From Bacteroidota bacterium (GTDB taxonomy: Bacteria > Bacteroidota > Bacteroidia > NS11-12g > UBA9320), in the NCBI GenBank assembly GCA_016124755.1, contig WGNA01000011.1, positions 317,211 through 381,210 of the forward strand: a stretch of 64,000 nucleotides of DNA, read 5' to 3'. Made by a program: the position numbers and the translations under genes. A model generated the notes under the pieces. The model was not told the DNA's origin and did not search any database. It worked only from the letters and a program-made list of their open reading frames with translations. How positions within the stretch are numbered: position 1 is the stretch's first letter; each line of letters starts with the position of its first letter. Shown here one piece after another: positions 10,706 to 20,390 of this stretch.

Positions 10706-11815
10706 TCAGTTTTGCTGATCTTCAGCAACTTTTAGAGTCCATACTTCTACTCTTTTGTTCATATCTTCCTGCTCCCGGTTTTTAGGTTCCGGATAAACCA
10801 TCTGGAAATTGCTGAGACCTTTATAGGTTAATCGAGAGTTAGAAATCCCGTTTTTAATTAAATAATTGTATACGGCCTTTGCTCTTCGGTAGGAGAGGTC
10901 GAGATTGTAAATTTTCTGAAAAGGGCTGCATCTTCTGGAGGATGGGAAATTCATGTGTCCCTGAATTTCAACGTAGAGGTCGGGATATTCCTGAAGCACT
11001 TTCAAAAGGTTTTCCAATTCAGGTTCCGACTCAGGTTTCAGAATATCTGAATCCGTATAAAAGTATATGTGATCAAAACGAAGCTTCTGAACCACATTAA
11101 CCGGTTTGAGATAGGCATCGATGTAAATGGTATCACCGAGAGATGATGAAATGAATTTTTCAATTTGAACGGTTTCATTCAAAAAACCTTCTCTGCTAAA
11201 CACCACAGCTGCCCCTTTTTGAAATTTTCGTGTAACGTATTTGCCGTTAATGTCGGTAACACCATGTTGATTTTGACCGTTGATTTCAATTGAAAAGGAA
11301 CATGGAAGCTTTTCTCGGGTGGCGGAATTATAGGTGTTGAACTTCAGAACATGTTTTTCCGGATTGGAAGTGGACAGGTTTTGCTCAGAATCCAATTCAT
11401 ATACAAACGTGATTTCAACTCTTCGGTTTTGAGATTTGATGTCACTTTTGGGCATGGACTCGCCGAAGTATTCCATGTGAATCATTTTCTCGCGAACACC
11501 CTGATCCTTAAGAAATTCCTTCGTGTATTCAGCTCTCTTGGAAGATAATACCTGATTGTATTCATCAGACGCATCACTATCGGTGTGGCCGGCAACATAT
11601 ATTTCCCGGATGCGCATCGAACCGATAGTTAAAATAGATTCTCGAATGAAGTTTTTAGCGGCAGGATTCAGTTCGTAGTCATCAGAATTAAAATATATCT
11701 GAATACTTTTCTGATTGAGATCCTGAGAAAGAGAAGTTTTAGGGCTTAAAGGGAAAATGATCAGAAACGTCAGGCAGACTTGACAAATAAGAAGTATGCT
11801 TTTCCTGGTCAACAT
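10706..11815 (-). CDS. OmpA-family protein with two OmpA-like peptidoglycan-binding domains
   Basis: GHTDSD...YNQVLSSKRA...QNRRVEI and IQGHM...NLDLSYRRA...MNKRVEV. Confidence 0.85.
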   Translation of the reverse strand: MLTRKSILLICQVCLTFLIIFPLSPKTSLSQDLNQKSIQIYFNSDDYELNPAAKNFIRESILTIGSMRIREIYVAGHTDSDASDEYNQVLSSKRAEYTKEFLKDQGVREKMIHMEYFGESMPKSDIKSQNRRVEITFVYELDSEQNLSTSNPEKHVLKFNTYNSATREKLPCSFSIEINGQNQHGVTDINGKYVTRKFQKGAAVVFSREGFLNETVQIEKFISSSLGDTIYIDAYLKPVNVVQKLRFDHIYFYTDSDILKPESEPELENLLKVLQEYPDLYVEIQGHMNFPSSRRCSPFQKIYNLDLSYRRAKAVYNYLIKNGISNSRLTYKGLSNFQMVYPEPKNREQEDMNKRVEVWTLKVAEDQQN

Positions 11816-11867
11816 TTCTAAACACGAACGTGAACGTTATAATCTTATTTCACTATTGAAGTGAATT

Positions 11868-11875
11868 CAAAGATA
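11868..11875 (-). promoter_or_regulatory. Bacteroidota -7 element for the OmpA gene
   Basis: TATCTTTG on the minus strand ~50 nt before the start. Confidence 0.5.
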
Positions 11876-11897
11876 GTTAACTTGCGGGATTCTTTAG

Positions 11898-11931
11898 AAA
11901 AAGAAAGCCCCGACCGTATAGGTCAGGGCTT
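11898..11931 (-). terminator. Intrinsic terminator
   Basis: Minus strand AAGCCCTGACC-tatac-GGTCGGGGCTT followed by TCTTTTT. Confidence 0.75.
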
Positions 11932-12005
11932 AAAATCAAAGATAAAATACTAAACTACTACTTATGATGAAAATTATTAACCATGTGCTCTTTCTCACGA
12001 AAGCT
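11898..12005 (-). ncRNA. Candidate small RNA (~100 nt)
   Basis: 5' CTTTC-gtga-GAAAG hairpin, CATGGTTA and TTTTCATCATAAGTAGTAGTTTAG tracts, strong terminator; same layout as 5680-5761. Confidence 0.4.
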
Positions 12006-12019
12006 ACGTTACACAATTG

Positions 12020-12034
12020 TCGATTAACGTGCCA
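12020..12034 (-). promoter_or_regulatory. Possible sigma-54 promoter (TGGCACG-N4-TCGA)
   Basis: Perfect -24 heptamer TGGCACG; -12 box deviates from TTGC. Confidence 0.3.
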
Positions 12035-12317
12035 TTAGTCAAGGTGTTGATAATGAGCGATAAAGAATATAAACGGCGCTACAAATGTCCCATATCGGGA
12101 AATAAATTTCCAATAATCGGAATGCGCTGTATTTTGTGCTTAATGTAAAAGAGCATTTCTTGCCGACAGTATTCGGAATAATGAGTTAAAGTGCTAATAA
12201 TGTTTTTGTTATTAAAAATGTCGTGCCACTAAATTTGAGCAGTGTTGGGGAGCTATTTGTCCAATATCGGGATGACGAAATAGATTTACATGATTGTGGT
12301 GGAGTCAATAGTACGTA

Positions 12318-13400
12318 TTAGTTGGATTCAAATGAAACTCCATGTGATATTGAATAAATCCACCCGAATTGATCTTCGGTCTTCCCATATTTCAAGGCAT
12401 CCAAAGAACGATGCAATGAGCTGGAGAGTGAATGTTCATCAACGGTTAATTCCATATCCACGTCACCGAACCGAATCAGTTTAATAGGTGCGATTGTGGC
12501 AGCTGTACCTGTTGCAAAAGCTTCCTTGAAATTTCCTTCCTGATACTTCGATAGCAAGAATCCCTTTTCGAGTGGCGCCTGTATTACTTCGACACCCATG
12601 GATTCTGCAAGTTTGATTACACTGTCTCTTGTTATACCTTTAAGTATGGTGCCATTTGTAGCAGGTGTAAATAGTTTGTTGTCGATAACCGCAAAGAAGT
12701 TACTGGTTCCAAGTTCTTCAATGTACTTGTGTTCTATTGCGTCGGTCCATAGAAGCTGATGAAATCCTTCCGCCTGCGCCAGACTTGCAGGATACATGGA
12801 AGCCGCATAATTGCCGGCAGCTTTTGCCTCACCAACTCCACCTCTAACGGCACGAACATATTGTTCTTCAATTCTGAGTCGGAGTGGTTCGCTATAATAG
12901 CTGGAAACCGGACAACCGTACATAAGAAATTTGTACGACTCAGAAGCCTTCACACCTAAATAATCATCCGTTGCAATCATTAAAGGTCTGATATATAATG
13001 AAGCTCCTCCAACATTGGGAATCCATTGCTCATCTAACTTCAGCCAAAGTTCCATCGCATCCATAAAGAGACCTTTTGGAATTTCCGGCATTTTTAAACG
13101 CCTTGCAGAAAAGTTCAGTCGTTCCCAGTTGTCAAATGGTCGAAACAGAGTTATTTCTCCATCATCAGTTTTAATAGCTTTCATCCCTTCGAAAATTGCC
13201 TGACCATAATGCATGCAACTTAGTGCGGGACTCAAAGACAAATTTCCGTAGGGCTTAATGTGTGGATTAACCCACTCACCATTTTTAAAATCAACCTCAA
13301 ACATATGGTCGGCGAAGATTCTGCCGAACGGGATGTTATTGAAATCAACACTTTGAATTCTCGAATGTTGACATCTTTGGATGCTTATAGAATTCTTCAC
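12318..13400 (-). CDS. ilvE: Branched-chain amino acid aminotransferase
   Basis: MHYGQAIFEGMKA, SLYIRP, AKAAGNYA (PLP Lys), ILKGITRDS and FATGTAA motifs. Confidence 0.95.
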   Translation of the reverse strand: MKNSISIQRCQHSRIQSVDFNNIPFGRIFADHMFEVDFKNGEWVNPHIKPYGNLSLSPALSCMHYGQAIFEGMKAIKTDDGEITLFRPFDNWERLNFSARRLKMPEIPKGLFMDAMELWLKLDEQWIPNVGGASLYIRPLMIATDDYLGVKASESYKFLMYGCPVSSYYSEPLRLRIEEQYVRAVRGGVGEAKAAGNYAASMYPASLAQAEGFHQLLWTDAIEHKYIEELGTSNFFAVIDNKLFTPATNGTILKGITRDSVIKLAESMGVEVIQAPLEKGFLLSKYQEGNFKEAFATGTAATIAPIKLIRFGDVDMELTVDEHSLSSSLHRSLDALKYGKTEDQFGWIYSISHGVSFESN

Positions 13401-13454
13401 TCGCTTCTAATCTATTTTCGCGTCGAAGTTCTAAATATTTTCACCAACAAACCA

Positions 13455-13925
13455 ATGAACAGTAACAAAATCAGTTTACCCGAATACGAAGATTTGATCG
13501 GTTTGTACGCTGAACTGTATGATTTACCAACAGAATCAAGTGATATAGAAATAGGTGAAACACCAGTCATTGCCGATGAACGACCAGTTCCGGTCTATCT
13601 GGTGGTTGTTGGCGACAAGAATTTTAAAAAAGACAATGAATTGGGATTTCTTCTGATAAATATCACGAAGGCAATTCACCTGAATCCCGATGAAGTCTTT
13701 ATTCACCAAGGTGATCTTTCTCACGCACTTTCCCTCATCCGCACGGATGGGTTGAAACTAATTTTAGTTTTTAACTCAGACTCGGGTTCTCAGAATTTGT
13801 ACACCGTCTCGAAAAATGAGGATATCGGCACTTCCCAGATTAATTCACCCTTTTTACAGGATCTGGAAAATGATCGCAATCAGAAAGTCAAACTCTGGAG
13901 CTTGCTTAAAACGGTCTCTTTGTAA
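13455..13925 (+). CDS. Hypothetical protein (weakly like Bacteroidota DNA Pol III psi-like small proteins)
   Basis: Start reassigned to MNSNK to avoid overlap with ilvE. FL..I.KAI.L and L.DLE.D...KVKLW..LK pattern recalled from such proteins. Confidence 0.55.
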   Translation: MNSNKISLPEYEDLIGLYAELYDLPTESSDIEIGETPVIADERPVPVYLVVVGDKNFKKDNELGFLLINITKAIHLNPDEVFIHQGDLSHALSLIRTDGLKLILVFNSDSGSQNLYTVSKNEDIGTSQINSPFLQDLENDRNQKVKLWSLLKTVSL

Positions 13926-14050
13926 GGTCAATATCGGGAGAATTATCCCAATATGGGACTCGAAAAATAGGTTTTCAACATTCGAAAAAAATCAAAACGC
14001 TGAAAATTAGTGTTTTGTGATGGACGGTATTGGCAGGAATGTTAATTGAA

Positions 14051-14058
14051 TAACTTTG
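14051..14058 (+). promoter_or_regulatory. Bacteroidota -7 element
   Basis: TAACTTTG 24 nt upstream of ATG 14083. Confidence 0.55.
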
Positions 14059-14082
14059 TTAGACTTATAAACTACTGCACAA

Positions 14083-14451
14083 ATGAGAAAGCTATTATTT
14101 GTTTACGGCAACTTTGTTCATCAGGCATACACCAAGATGATGATGATGCTCCTCGGTCTCGATGTCGATTATGTATTTGACATCAAATCAGCCGCTACCA
14201 GAATGGGCACCAGTAACTATCTCGCAATTCTTATTGATATTGATGCATTGGGATTGGAAGCTTTTGATCTTGCCCGTGAGATCAGGATGAGTGACTCAGA
14301 AATTCCGATCGTCGGAGTTACGGATGTCGCGGATTTGCATATCATGTACAAGGCAATTGATAACGGAATGAACGTTTGCATCCAACGCAGCGAACTCCTT
14401 GAAACACTCAGTTTTTATAAAGAGCGAAACAAGGTAAAAGAAGTAGCCTGA
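14083..14451 (+). CDS. Stand-alone atypical response regulator receiver domain
   Basis: CheY-like pattern (YLAILIDID, FDLAREIR, IPIVGVT, AIDNGMN); acidic pair and conserved Lys-Pro missing. Confidence 0.7.
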   Translation: MRKLLFVYGNFVHQAYTKMMMMLLGLDVDYVFDIKSAATRMGTSNYLAILIDIDALGLEAFDLAREIRMSDSEIPIVGVTDVADLHIMYKAIDNGMNVCIQRSELLETLSFYKERNKVKEVA

Positions 14452-14456
14452 AAAGG

Positions 14457-16745
14457 TTATCTCACAAACCGGAGTTTGGCAAAACGAAGCACTAACTGCT
14501 TTTTGCCAAAACTTTCGAAGTCGATTGTTGCTTTTCGATTATCTCCTGCACCATCAACTTCCGCAACATTTCCTTTCCCGAACCTCTGATGTTCCACAAT
14601 ATCACCAACCTTAATGTTGGAAGTATTTTCGGCAACGAAGTTTTCAATCACAGGGGGTAGATTCCGGATGACATTTTCCCTCGATTTTTGAGGCACACCG
14701 TAATTTCGACCCGGTGAATTTTTTGAAATTTCCGTGCGGGAAGGTTGATTACTCTGTGGCTTTGAAGTTCTGCCGGATCTGCTCTGAGCAAAGGACAAAT
14801 AATCGTCGTTCAATTCAGCAATAAACCGGCTGGGTTCGCACGGAAGTAATTGTCCGAACCGAAAACGGGAATTGGCAAATGCCAGTGTAAGTCTCTTTTC
14901 TGCACGTGTCATTCCCACATAGAACAACCGGCGCTCCTCTTCAAGATCCTGCCGGCTGCCGAGTGACATTTGAGAGGGAAAAAGATTCTCCTCCATTCCC
15001 GAAATATAAACATGCGGAAATTCCAGACCTTTAGCACTGTGAATGGTCATCAATGAAACTTTGTCATCGTTACCATCATCTTTATCTGCATCGGTTACAA
15101 GAGCAATGTCTTGCAGATACGACCCAAGATCTTTTGAAACTTCGCTGGTGTCGTCTTCCACAAATTCTTTGATCCCGTTTAATAATTCAACCACGTTTTC
15201 GTAGCGGCTCACACCTTCAACTGTTTTATCGTCGTGAAGGGATTTTAAAATACCGGTGGAACGGGCGATGTGCATAGCCAGTTCGTATGCATCCTGCTTT
15301 TCCAGCATTGTCGCAAAACTTCGGATCATCACGGTAAAATCGTCAAGTTTTGACGCGGCAGATTTTAGTTCCGCAAAAAATTCAAGGTTTGAAATTATCT
15401 CCCACCAGGAAACTCCTTGTTCTGCCGCCAGTAATTGAATGCGATCCAGAGTGGTTTTTCCAATTCCACGAGTCGGATAATTAATAATTCTTTTTAATGC
15501 TTCCTCGTCTTTGTGATTAATTGTTAATCGCAGATAAGCCAGCAAATCCTTAATTTCTTTGCGCTGGTAGAAAGAGAGTCCGCCATAAATCCTATATGGA
15601 ATGTTGTGTCTTCTCAGCGCTTCTTCCAAACTTCTCGATTGAGCATTCGTTCGGTAAAGAATCGAAAAATCTTTGTTGCTCAATTGGTTTTTCATCTTCT
15701 CTTCGAAGATGGATTGTGCAATTAAAGTAGCTTCTTCATTGTCGGTTACCGCTCGAATCACATTGATTTTATCTCCCTGATCATTGGAAGTCCAGACCTT
15801 TTTCTCGAGTTGGTCGCGATTGTTGGCAATCACTTCACCGGCTGCATTTACGATGGTTTGGGTTGAACGATAATTCTGCTCGAGCTTGAAAACTTTGAGA
15901 TCCGGATAATCTTTTTCGAAGTTGAGAATATTGCGGATCGTCGCACCCCGAAACGAATAAATACTCTGCGCATCATCACCTACTACACAAATATTTTCAT
16001 TAACCGCTGCCAGTTTTTTAATAATCATGTACTGACAATGATTGGTATCCTGATACTCATCAACCATCACATACTTGAATTTGTGTTGGTATTTGTTGAG
16101 CGAATCCGGATGTTTGGTGAAAAGCTCGTAAGTCTTTAGCAACAAATCATCAAAATCCATTGCTCCCGAAGTGAAACATCTTTTGGCGTACGTGGAATAA
16201 ATTTTATGAATGTACGGGCGACTGCTAACCGCATCGTGCGATGTGAGGTCATCGTTTCCCTCATACATTTTATAGGTGATGAGACTATTCTTCGCTGCGG
16301 AAATTCTGCTTAAAACAATGGAAGGTTTATACACCTTATCATCGAGTTGCATCTCCTTAATAATGGACTTCAGAAGACTCTTTGAATCCTCTGTATCGTA
16401 AATAGTAAAGTTGGAAGGATAGCCGAGTTTCTCCGCTTCAATTCTGAGGATTTTAGCAAATACAGAGTGAAAAGTTCCCATCCAGATATTGCGGGCTTCA
16501 GGACCAATCGCGGTTTCGATCCGGTGGCGCATTTCTTTCGCAGCTTTATTGGTAAAGGTTAAGGCGAGAATGTTAAACGGATCGATTCCTTTGTGGATCA
16601 TATAGGCGATCCGGTAAGTGAGAACTCGGGTCTTTCCGGAACCTGCGCCGGCCACAATCATTACAGGACCTTCGGTTTGAAGAACTGCTGCCCGTTGTGG
16701 TTCGTTAAGGGTTTTTAAAAAGTCGTTTGGATCGGTTTGCTTCAC
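14457..16745 (-). CDS. pcrA: ATP-dependent DNA helicase UvrD/PcrA
   Basis: AGAGSGKT, VDEYQDTN, VGDDAQSIYSFRGA, LEQNYRST, TIHSAKGLEF, EERRLFYV; C-terminal Tudor-like HQRFGKG. Confidence 0.95.
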   Translation of the reverse strand: MKQTDPNDFLKTLNEPQRAAVLQTEGPVMIVAGAGSGKTRVLTYRIAYMIHKGIDPFNILALTFTNKAAKEMRHRIETAIGPEARNIWMGTFHSVFAKILRIEAEKLGYPSNFTIYDTEDSKSLLKSIIKEMQLDDKVYKPSIVLSRISAAKNSLITYKMYEGNDDLTSHDAVSSRPYIHKIYSTYAKRCFTSGAMDFDDLLLKTYELFTKHPDSLNKYQHKFKYVMVDEYQDTNHCQYMIIKKLAAVNENICVVGDDAQSIYSFRGATIRNILNFEKDYPDLKVFKLEQNYRSTQTIVNAAGEVIANNRDQLEKKVWTSNDQGDKINVIRAVTDNEEATLIAQSIFEEKMKNQLSNKDFSILYRTNAQSRSLEEALRRHNIPYRIYGGLSFYQRKEIKDLLAYLRLTINHKDEEALKRIINYPTRGIGKTTLDRIQLLAAEQGVSWWEIISNLEFFAELKSAASKLDDFTVMIRSFATMLEKQDAYELAMHIARSTGILKSLHDDKTVEGVSRYENVVELLNGIKEFVEDDTSEVSKDLGSYLQDIALVTDADKDDGNDDKVSLMTIHSAKGLEFPHVYISGMEENLFPSQMSLGSRQDLEEERRLFYVGMTRAEKRLTLAFANSRFRFGQLLPCEPSRFIAELNDDYLSFAQSRSGRTSKPQSNQPSRTEISKNSPGRNYGVPQKSRENVIRNLPPVIENFVAENTSNIKVGDIVEHQRFGKGNVAEVDGAGDNRKATIDFESFGKKQLVLRFAKLRFVR

Positions 16746-16845
16746 CGTTCAAAATTACATTTCTGCCTTACCTAAAAGTTTATTTAAACGCTTTGTTATA
16801 AACAATTTGAATCAAAGTCTGCAACTTTGCGCGAAACTAAAACCC

Positions 16846-17391
16846 TTGCAAATACAGGAAACACCTCTTTCCGGAGCCTTTGTAATTGAACCCAAAGTAT
16901 TCGGAGATCACCGGGGTTATTTTTACGAAAGTTACCACGAAAGACTTTTTCAGGATGCGGGAATTCCAACCCGTTTTGTGCAGGATAATCAATCCATGTC
17001 GCATAAAGGGATTTTACGCGGATTGCATTTTCAGAATCCGCCGCATGCTCAGGGGAAACTGGTTCGGGTTGTGAATGGCAGTGCGTACGATGTAATTGTA
17101 GACATCCGGAAATCTAGCCCCACTTACGGTAAATCTTTCGGGGTTGAACTTACTCCCGAAAACAAGAAGATGCTTTGGGTACCGGAAGGTTTCGCACATG
17201 GATTTCTTACATTGGAAGACAACACGATCTTTCTGTATAAATGCACAGGATATTATCAGGCGGCAGCAGAGGACGGCCTCATGTGGAACGATCCGGGCCT
17301 CGGAATTTCGTGGCAGATCGGCGATCCGATTTTATCCTCCAAAGACAAACTTTACAAACCATTTAGCGAATTCAAATCTCCATTTATATGA
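16846..17391 (+). CDS. rfbC: dTDP-4-dehydrorhamnose 3,5-epimerase
   Basis: FGDHRGYF, FVQDNQS, LRGLHFQ and VPEGFAHGF motifs; TTG start at 16846 assumed. Confidence 0.95.
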   Translation: MQIQETPLSGAFVIEPKVFGDHRGYFYESYHERLFQDAGIPTRFVQDNQSMSHKGILRGLHFQNPPHAQGKLVRVVNGSAYDVIVDIRKSSPTYGKSFGVELTPENKKMLWVPEGFAHGFLTLEDNTIFLYKCTGYYQAAAEDGLMWNDPGLGISWQIGDPILSSKDKLYKPFSEFKSPFI

Positions 17392-18350
17392 GTAAACCTT
17401 TCTCGGAAGACATTCTCAATCTCGTTCACAAACTCGAAGAGAAGTACAAAAGTATGGGGCAGGATCTGGCCTCATATCTCGAAGGCAGATTGTATGAAGA
17501 TTACGTGCCTTACTGGGATTACGTTCATCTCGACACATTGCTCACTCTTCAAAAGCCTAAAACCCAGATACCCGACGAAATGATTTTCGTAATGTATCAT
17601 CAGGTCACCGAGCTTTATTTTAAAATGATTTTGCATGAGCTGGAGCAGATTGCGTCGAATACCCGGATAACCGGAGACTATCTGAGGGAGAAACTCAAGC
17701 GAATAAACCGCTATTTTATTATTCTAACGGATTCCTTCACAGTAATGAGTGAAGGAATGGAACAGAAACAATTTCTCGAATTCCGGATGGCTTTGCTTCC
17801 TGCCTCCGGGTTTCAATCGGCACAATACCGAATGATCGAGATTGCCAGTACCGAATTCATCAACTTAGTGAGCAAGGATTACCGCAACCGGTTTACGAAT
17901 GATTCTCCTGTTTCGGAAATGTACAAATACATTTACTGGCAAGCAGGTGCTACCGTTCTGGCAACGGGTGAAAAAACATTGACGCTACGCCAGTTTGAGC
18001 TAAAATACAATGAGCAATTATTAGAGATGGCAGAGGCGTATCAGCATAAAAATGTATGGAAGAAATATCTGAGTCTCTCCATTGAAGAGCGTGAAAATCC
18101 GGAACTGCTGGAAATGCTTCGTGACCTCGACCTCAATGTGAATGTGAATTGGCCATTAGCCCATTACAAAACAGCCGTTGCCTATCTTCAGAGAAATCCG
18201 GTTGATATTGCCGCAACCGGCGGAACAAACTGGCAGAAGTACCTGCCGCCCCGATTTCAAAAACGAATATTTTTTCCGGAACTCTGGACTGCTGAGGAAA
18301 TGGAGAATTGGGGTAAAACGTGGGTACGGAAGCACGTTTTTATGGAGTAA
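17388..18350 (+). CDS. kynA: Tryptophan 2,3-dioxygenase family protein
   Basis: YWDYVHLDTLL, DEMIFVMYHQVTEL, PASGFQSAQYR and TGGT motifs. Confidence 0.85.
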   Translation: MSKPFSEDILNLVHKLEEKYKSMGQDLASYLEGRLYEDYVPYWDYVHLDTLLTLQKPKTQIPDEMIFVMYHQVTELYFKMILHELEQIASNTRITGDYLREKLKRINRYFIILTDSFTVMSEGMEQKQFLEFRMALLPASGFQSAQYRMIEIASTEFINLVSKDYRNRFTNDSPVSEMYKYIYWQAGATVLATGEKTLTLRQFELKYNEQLLEMAEAYQHKNVWKKYLSLSIEERENPELLEMLRDLDLNVNVNWPLAHYKTAVAYLQRNPVDIAATGGTNWQKYLPPRFQKRIFFPELWTAEEMENWGKTWVRKHVFME

Positions 18351-18356
18351 TAATTT

Positions 18357-19031
18357 CTAATTCTGCTTTTTAAAATCTCCACGTTTCCAGGCTTCGAAGA
18401 ATTTAGCCCAGGCCAAAGGATTTAAAAGATTATTGGGAGGCAACTGACCTTTGTAGTAATATTTTGCGGCATTCGCAGCGAGATAAGATTTCCCGGCTTC
18501 GAGTCCGTCGGGTTTTAAGTATTGTGCACTTTCTTTAAGTGATTCCCGCTCAAGATTTTTACGGGCCCGTTCCATATCGTCGTCCGGAATATCAGCTTTC
18601 ACGAAATAATAATCGAACATTTGTCTGCCCGGCAAAGGATAAATTACTGCTTCCGGCAAGTGCATCGTATCGGTTGTAAGCAACTTTACCATGCTGTATT
18701 TATTGCTTTTTAACGTATCTGGAATCACGAAGGTTGATGTTTTAAAACCAACGTGAGAGAAAATTACCGTATCACCTTTTTCCGCAACGAAATTGAAAAA
18801 ACCATTAAAGTCGCAATAGGTTCCTCTCCTTGTTCTTGGAATTTTTATTTCGGCATACGCCACAGCCATTAAACTGTCGGCGGTAAGAACCAAACCTGAG
18901 AACTGAACATATTTATTGGAATTAGCAGTATCCGGTTTGCTGGAAGATGAAGAGGTCTGCGCCACAACTCCTCTTGAGGCTGTGAACAGAATTAGGGCTA
19001 AAAGGAGTATTCGTGTTTTCAACTTGTTCAA
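18357..19031 (-). CDS. Exported carboxypeptidase-like regulatory domain protein
   Basis: Signal peptide; GT..D.NGFF...GDTVIFSHVGFK pattern. Confidence 0.75.
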   Translation of the reverse strand: MNKLKTRILLLALILFTASRGVVAQTSSSSSKPDTANSNKYVQFSGLVLTADSLMAVAYAEIKIPRTRRGTYCDFNGFFNFVAEKGDTVIFSHVGFKTSTFVIPDTLKSNKYSMVKLLTTDTMHLPEAVIYPLPGRQMFDYYFVKADIPDDDMERARKNLERESLKESAQYLKPDGLEAGKSYLAANAAKYYYKGQLPPNNLLNPLAWAKFFEAWKRGDFKKQN

Positions 19032-19067
19032 TGTTTCATTAATCCAAACACATCCGGAAGGTAAATG

Positions 19068-20363
19068 TTACAGAACGATCCCTGCAATGATCGCCAATAA
19101 TACCCAAACCGGAGCGGGAACTTTTACTTTCCAAAGCAAAGCAGACAGAATTACGACGAGCGCGATGTTATCGTATTGAATAAAATTAGTCTCCTCCAGA
19201 TTTGTATAATGAAAGCTGTTCGGCAATTTCCATCGGAAGGCAACCGACAGAAATAACAGATAACCCGCCGCCAGCACCAAACCGGCAGATGCTGCAATTA
19301 CTCCGTCTAATGAACGCTTTATTATTTTGTATTTTTTAATTCGGTTCCAGATCGGGAAAACGAAAAAGATCATTAAAGTGCCGGGAAGAAAAATTCCAAC
19401 GGTTCCGATAAAACATCCGATAATTTGCCATGTGGTGCCGTAATCCCGCATAACAAGTCCACCACAATATGTTGCTACTGTAAAGATCGGTCCGGGTGTC
19501 GCCTGATTTAATCCGATACCGGTAAGAAATTCCTCCATGTTCATATAGTGTTTGAACTGAACGAATTGTTCGAGCATCATCGGAATAAGAACATTACCGC
19601 CACCAAAGACTAATGTTCCGAAACGATAAGTGTTCTCAAAGAGTGCCACGGAACGGTGCAAGGGTTCAATCTCAACAAACCTTTCGAATATTCCGGCAGC
19701 AATAAAAATTACCGTGAACACAACCGGATACCGCCAGTTGATTTTAAAATGTTTACCCGCATCATCCTGATTGATGAGTTCACTGTCTTTTTTATTCAGA
19801 AAATAACTGATGATTCCGCCTCCGACTAACAGGAAGGGAAAAATCCAGGGAGTTTTTACATAATCTTCCAATCGATGACGGAGCAAAGCAGCAATGGCAA
19901 ATGACATCCCGAGCAAAACCAGACGCAGCCTGCCCTTTGTTACTTTTCGAGCCATGGTTATTCCGGCTGTTACCACGAAAGCCACTGCGAGCGGAGACAC
20001 AAACCGGAAAATGTCTTTATCGAGATTGGAAAAATGCGCCAGTGCAAAAGAGCAGCAGGTCATGATTAAAAAAGCCGGAAGAATCCAAATGATTAATGTA
20101 AGAAATGCCAGAAAAGCACCACCGAATTTATATCCCATCGAAGTGATGGTTTGTGTGGAACTCGGACCGGGCAACATTTGAGCAAGGCTGTAGAGTTCTA
20201 AAAGTTCACCGGACGTGAGATATTTTCGTCTTTCTACCATCCGCTTCTGAAACATAGCAAGATGCATTTCCGGTCCGCCAAAAGCAGACACGGCAATAAC
20301 CAGCACATCTTTCAGGAAAAGCAGCCGCTTGATTTTCTTTACTTTTGACCCGGATTTATTCAT
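19068..20363 (-). CDS. chrA: Chromate ion transporter (long-chain CHR)
   Basis: AFGGP, AQMLPGPSSTQ, FGGG and QATPGP repeats; multi-TM. Confidence 0.9.
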   Translation of the reverse strand: MNKSGSKVKKIKRLLFLKDVLVIAVSAFGGPEMHLAMFQKRMVERRKYLTSGELLELYSLAQMLPGPSSTQTITSMGYKFGGAFLAFLTLIIWILPAFLIMTCCSFALAHFSNLDKDIFRFVSPLAVAFVVTAGITMARKVTKGRLRLVLLGMSFAIAALLRHRLEDYVKTPWIFPFLLVGGGIISYFLNKKDSELINQDDAGKHFKINWRYPVVFTVIFIAAGIFERFVEIEPLHRSVALFENTYRFGTLVFGGGNVLIPMMLEQFVQFKHYMNMEEFLTGIGLNQATPGPIFTVATYCGGLVMRDYGTTWQIIGCFIGTVGIFLPGTLMIFFVFPIWNRIKKYKIIKRSLDGVIAASAGLVLAAGYLLFLSVAFRWKLPNSFHYTNLEETNFIQYDNIALVVILSALLWKVKVPAPVWVLLAIIAGIVL

Positions 20364-20390
20364 TCCAGATTACGCTCAACAACACCCGAT

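Noticed and set aside
13260-13454. Upstream start of the 221-aa ORF
   Set aside because: Overlaps the ilvE 5' end on the opposite strand; ATG 13455 is more plausible.
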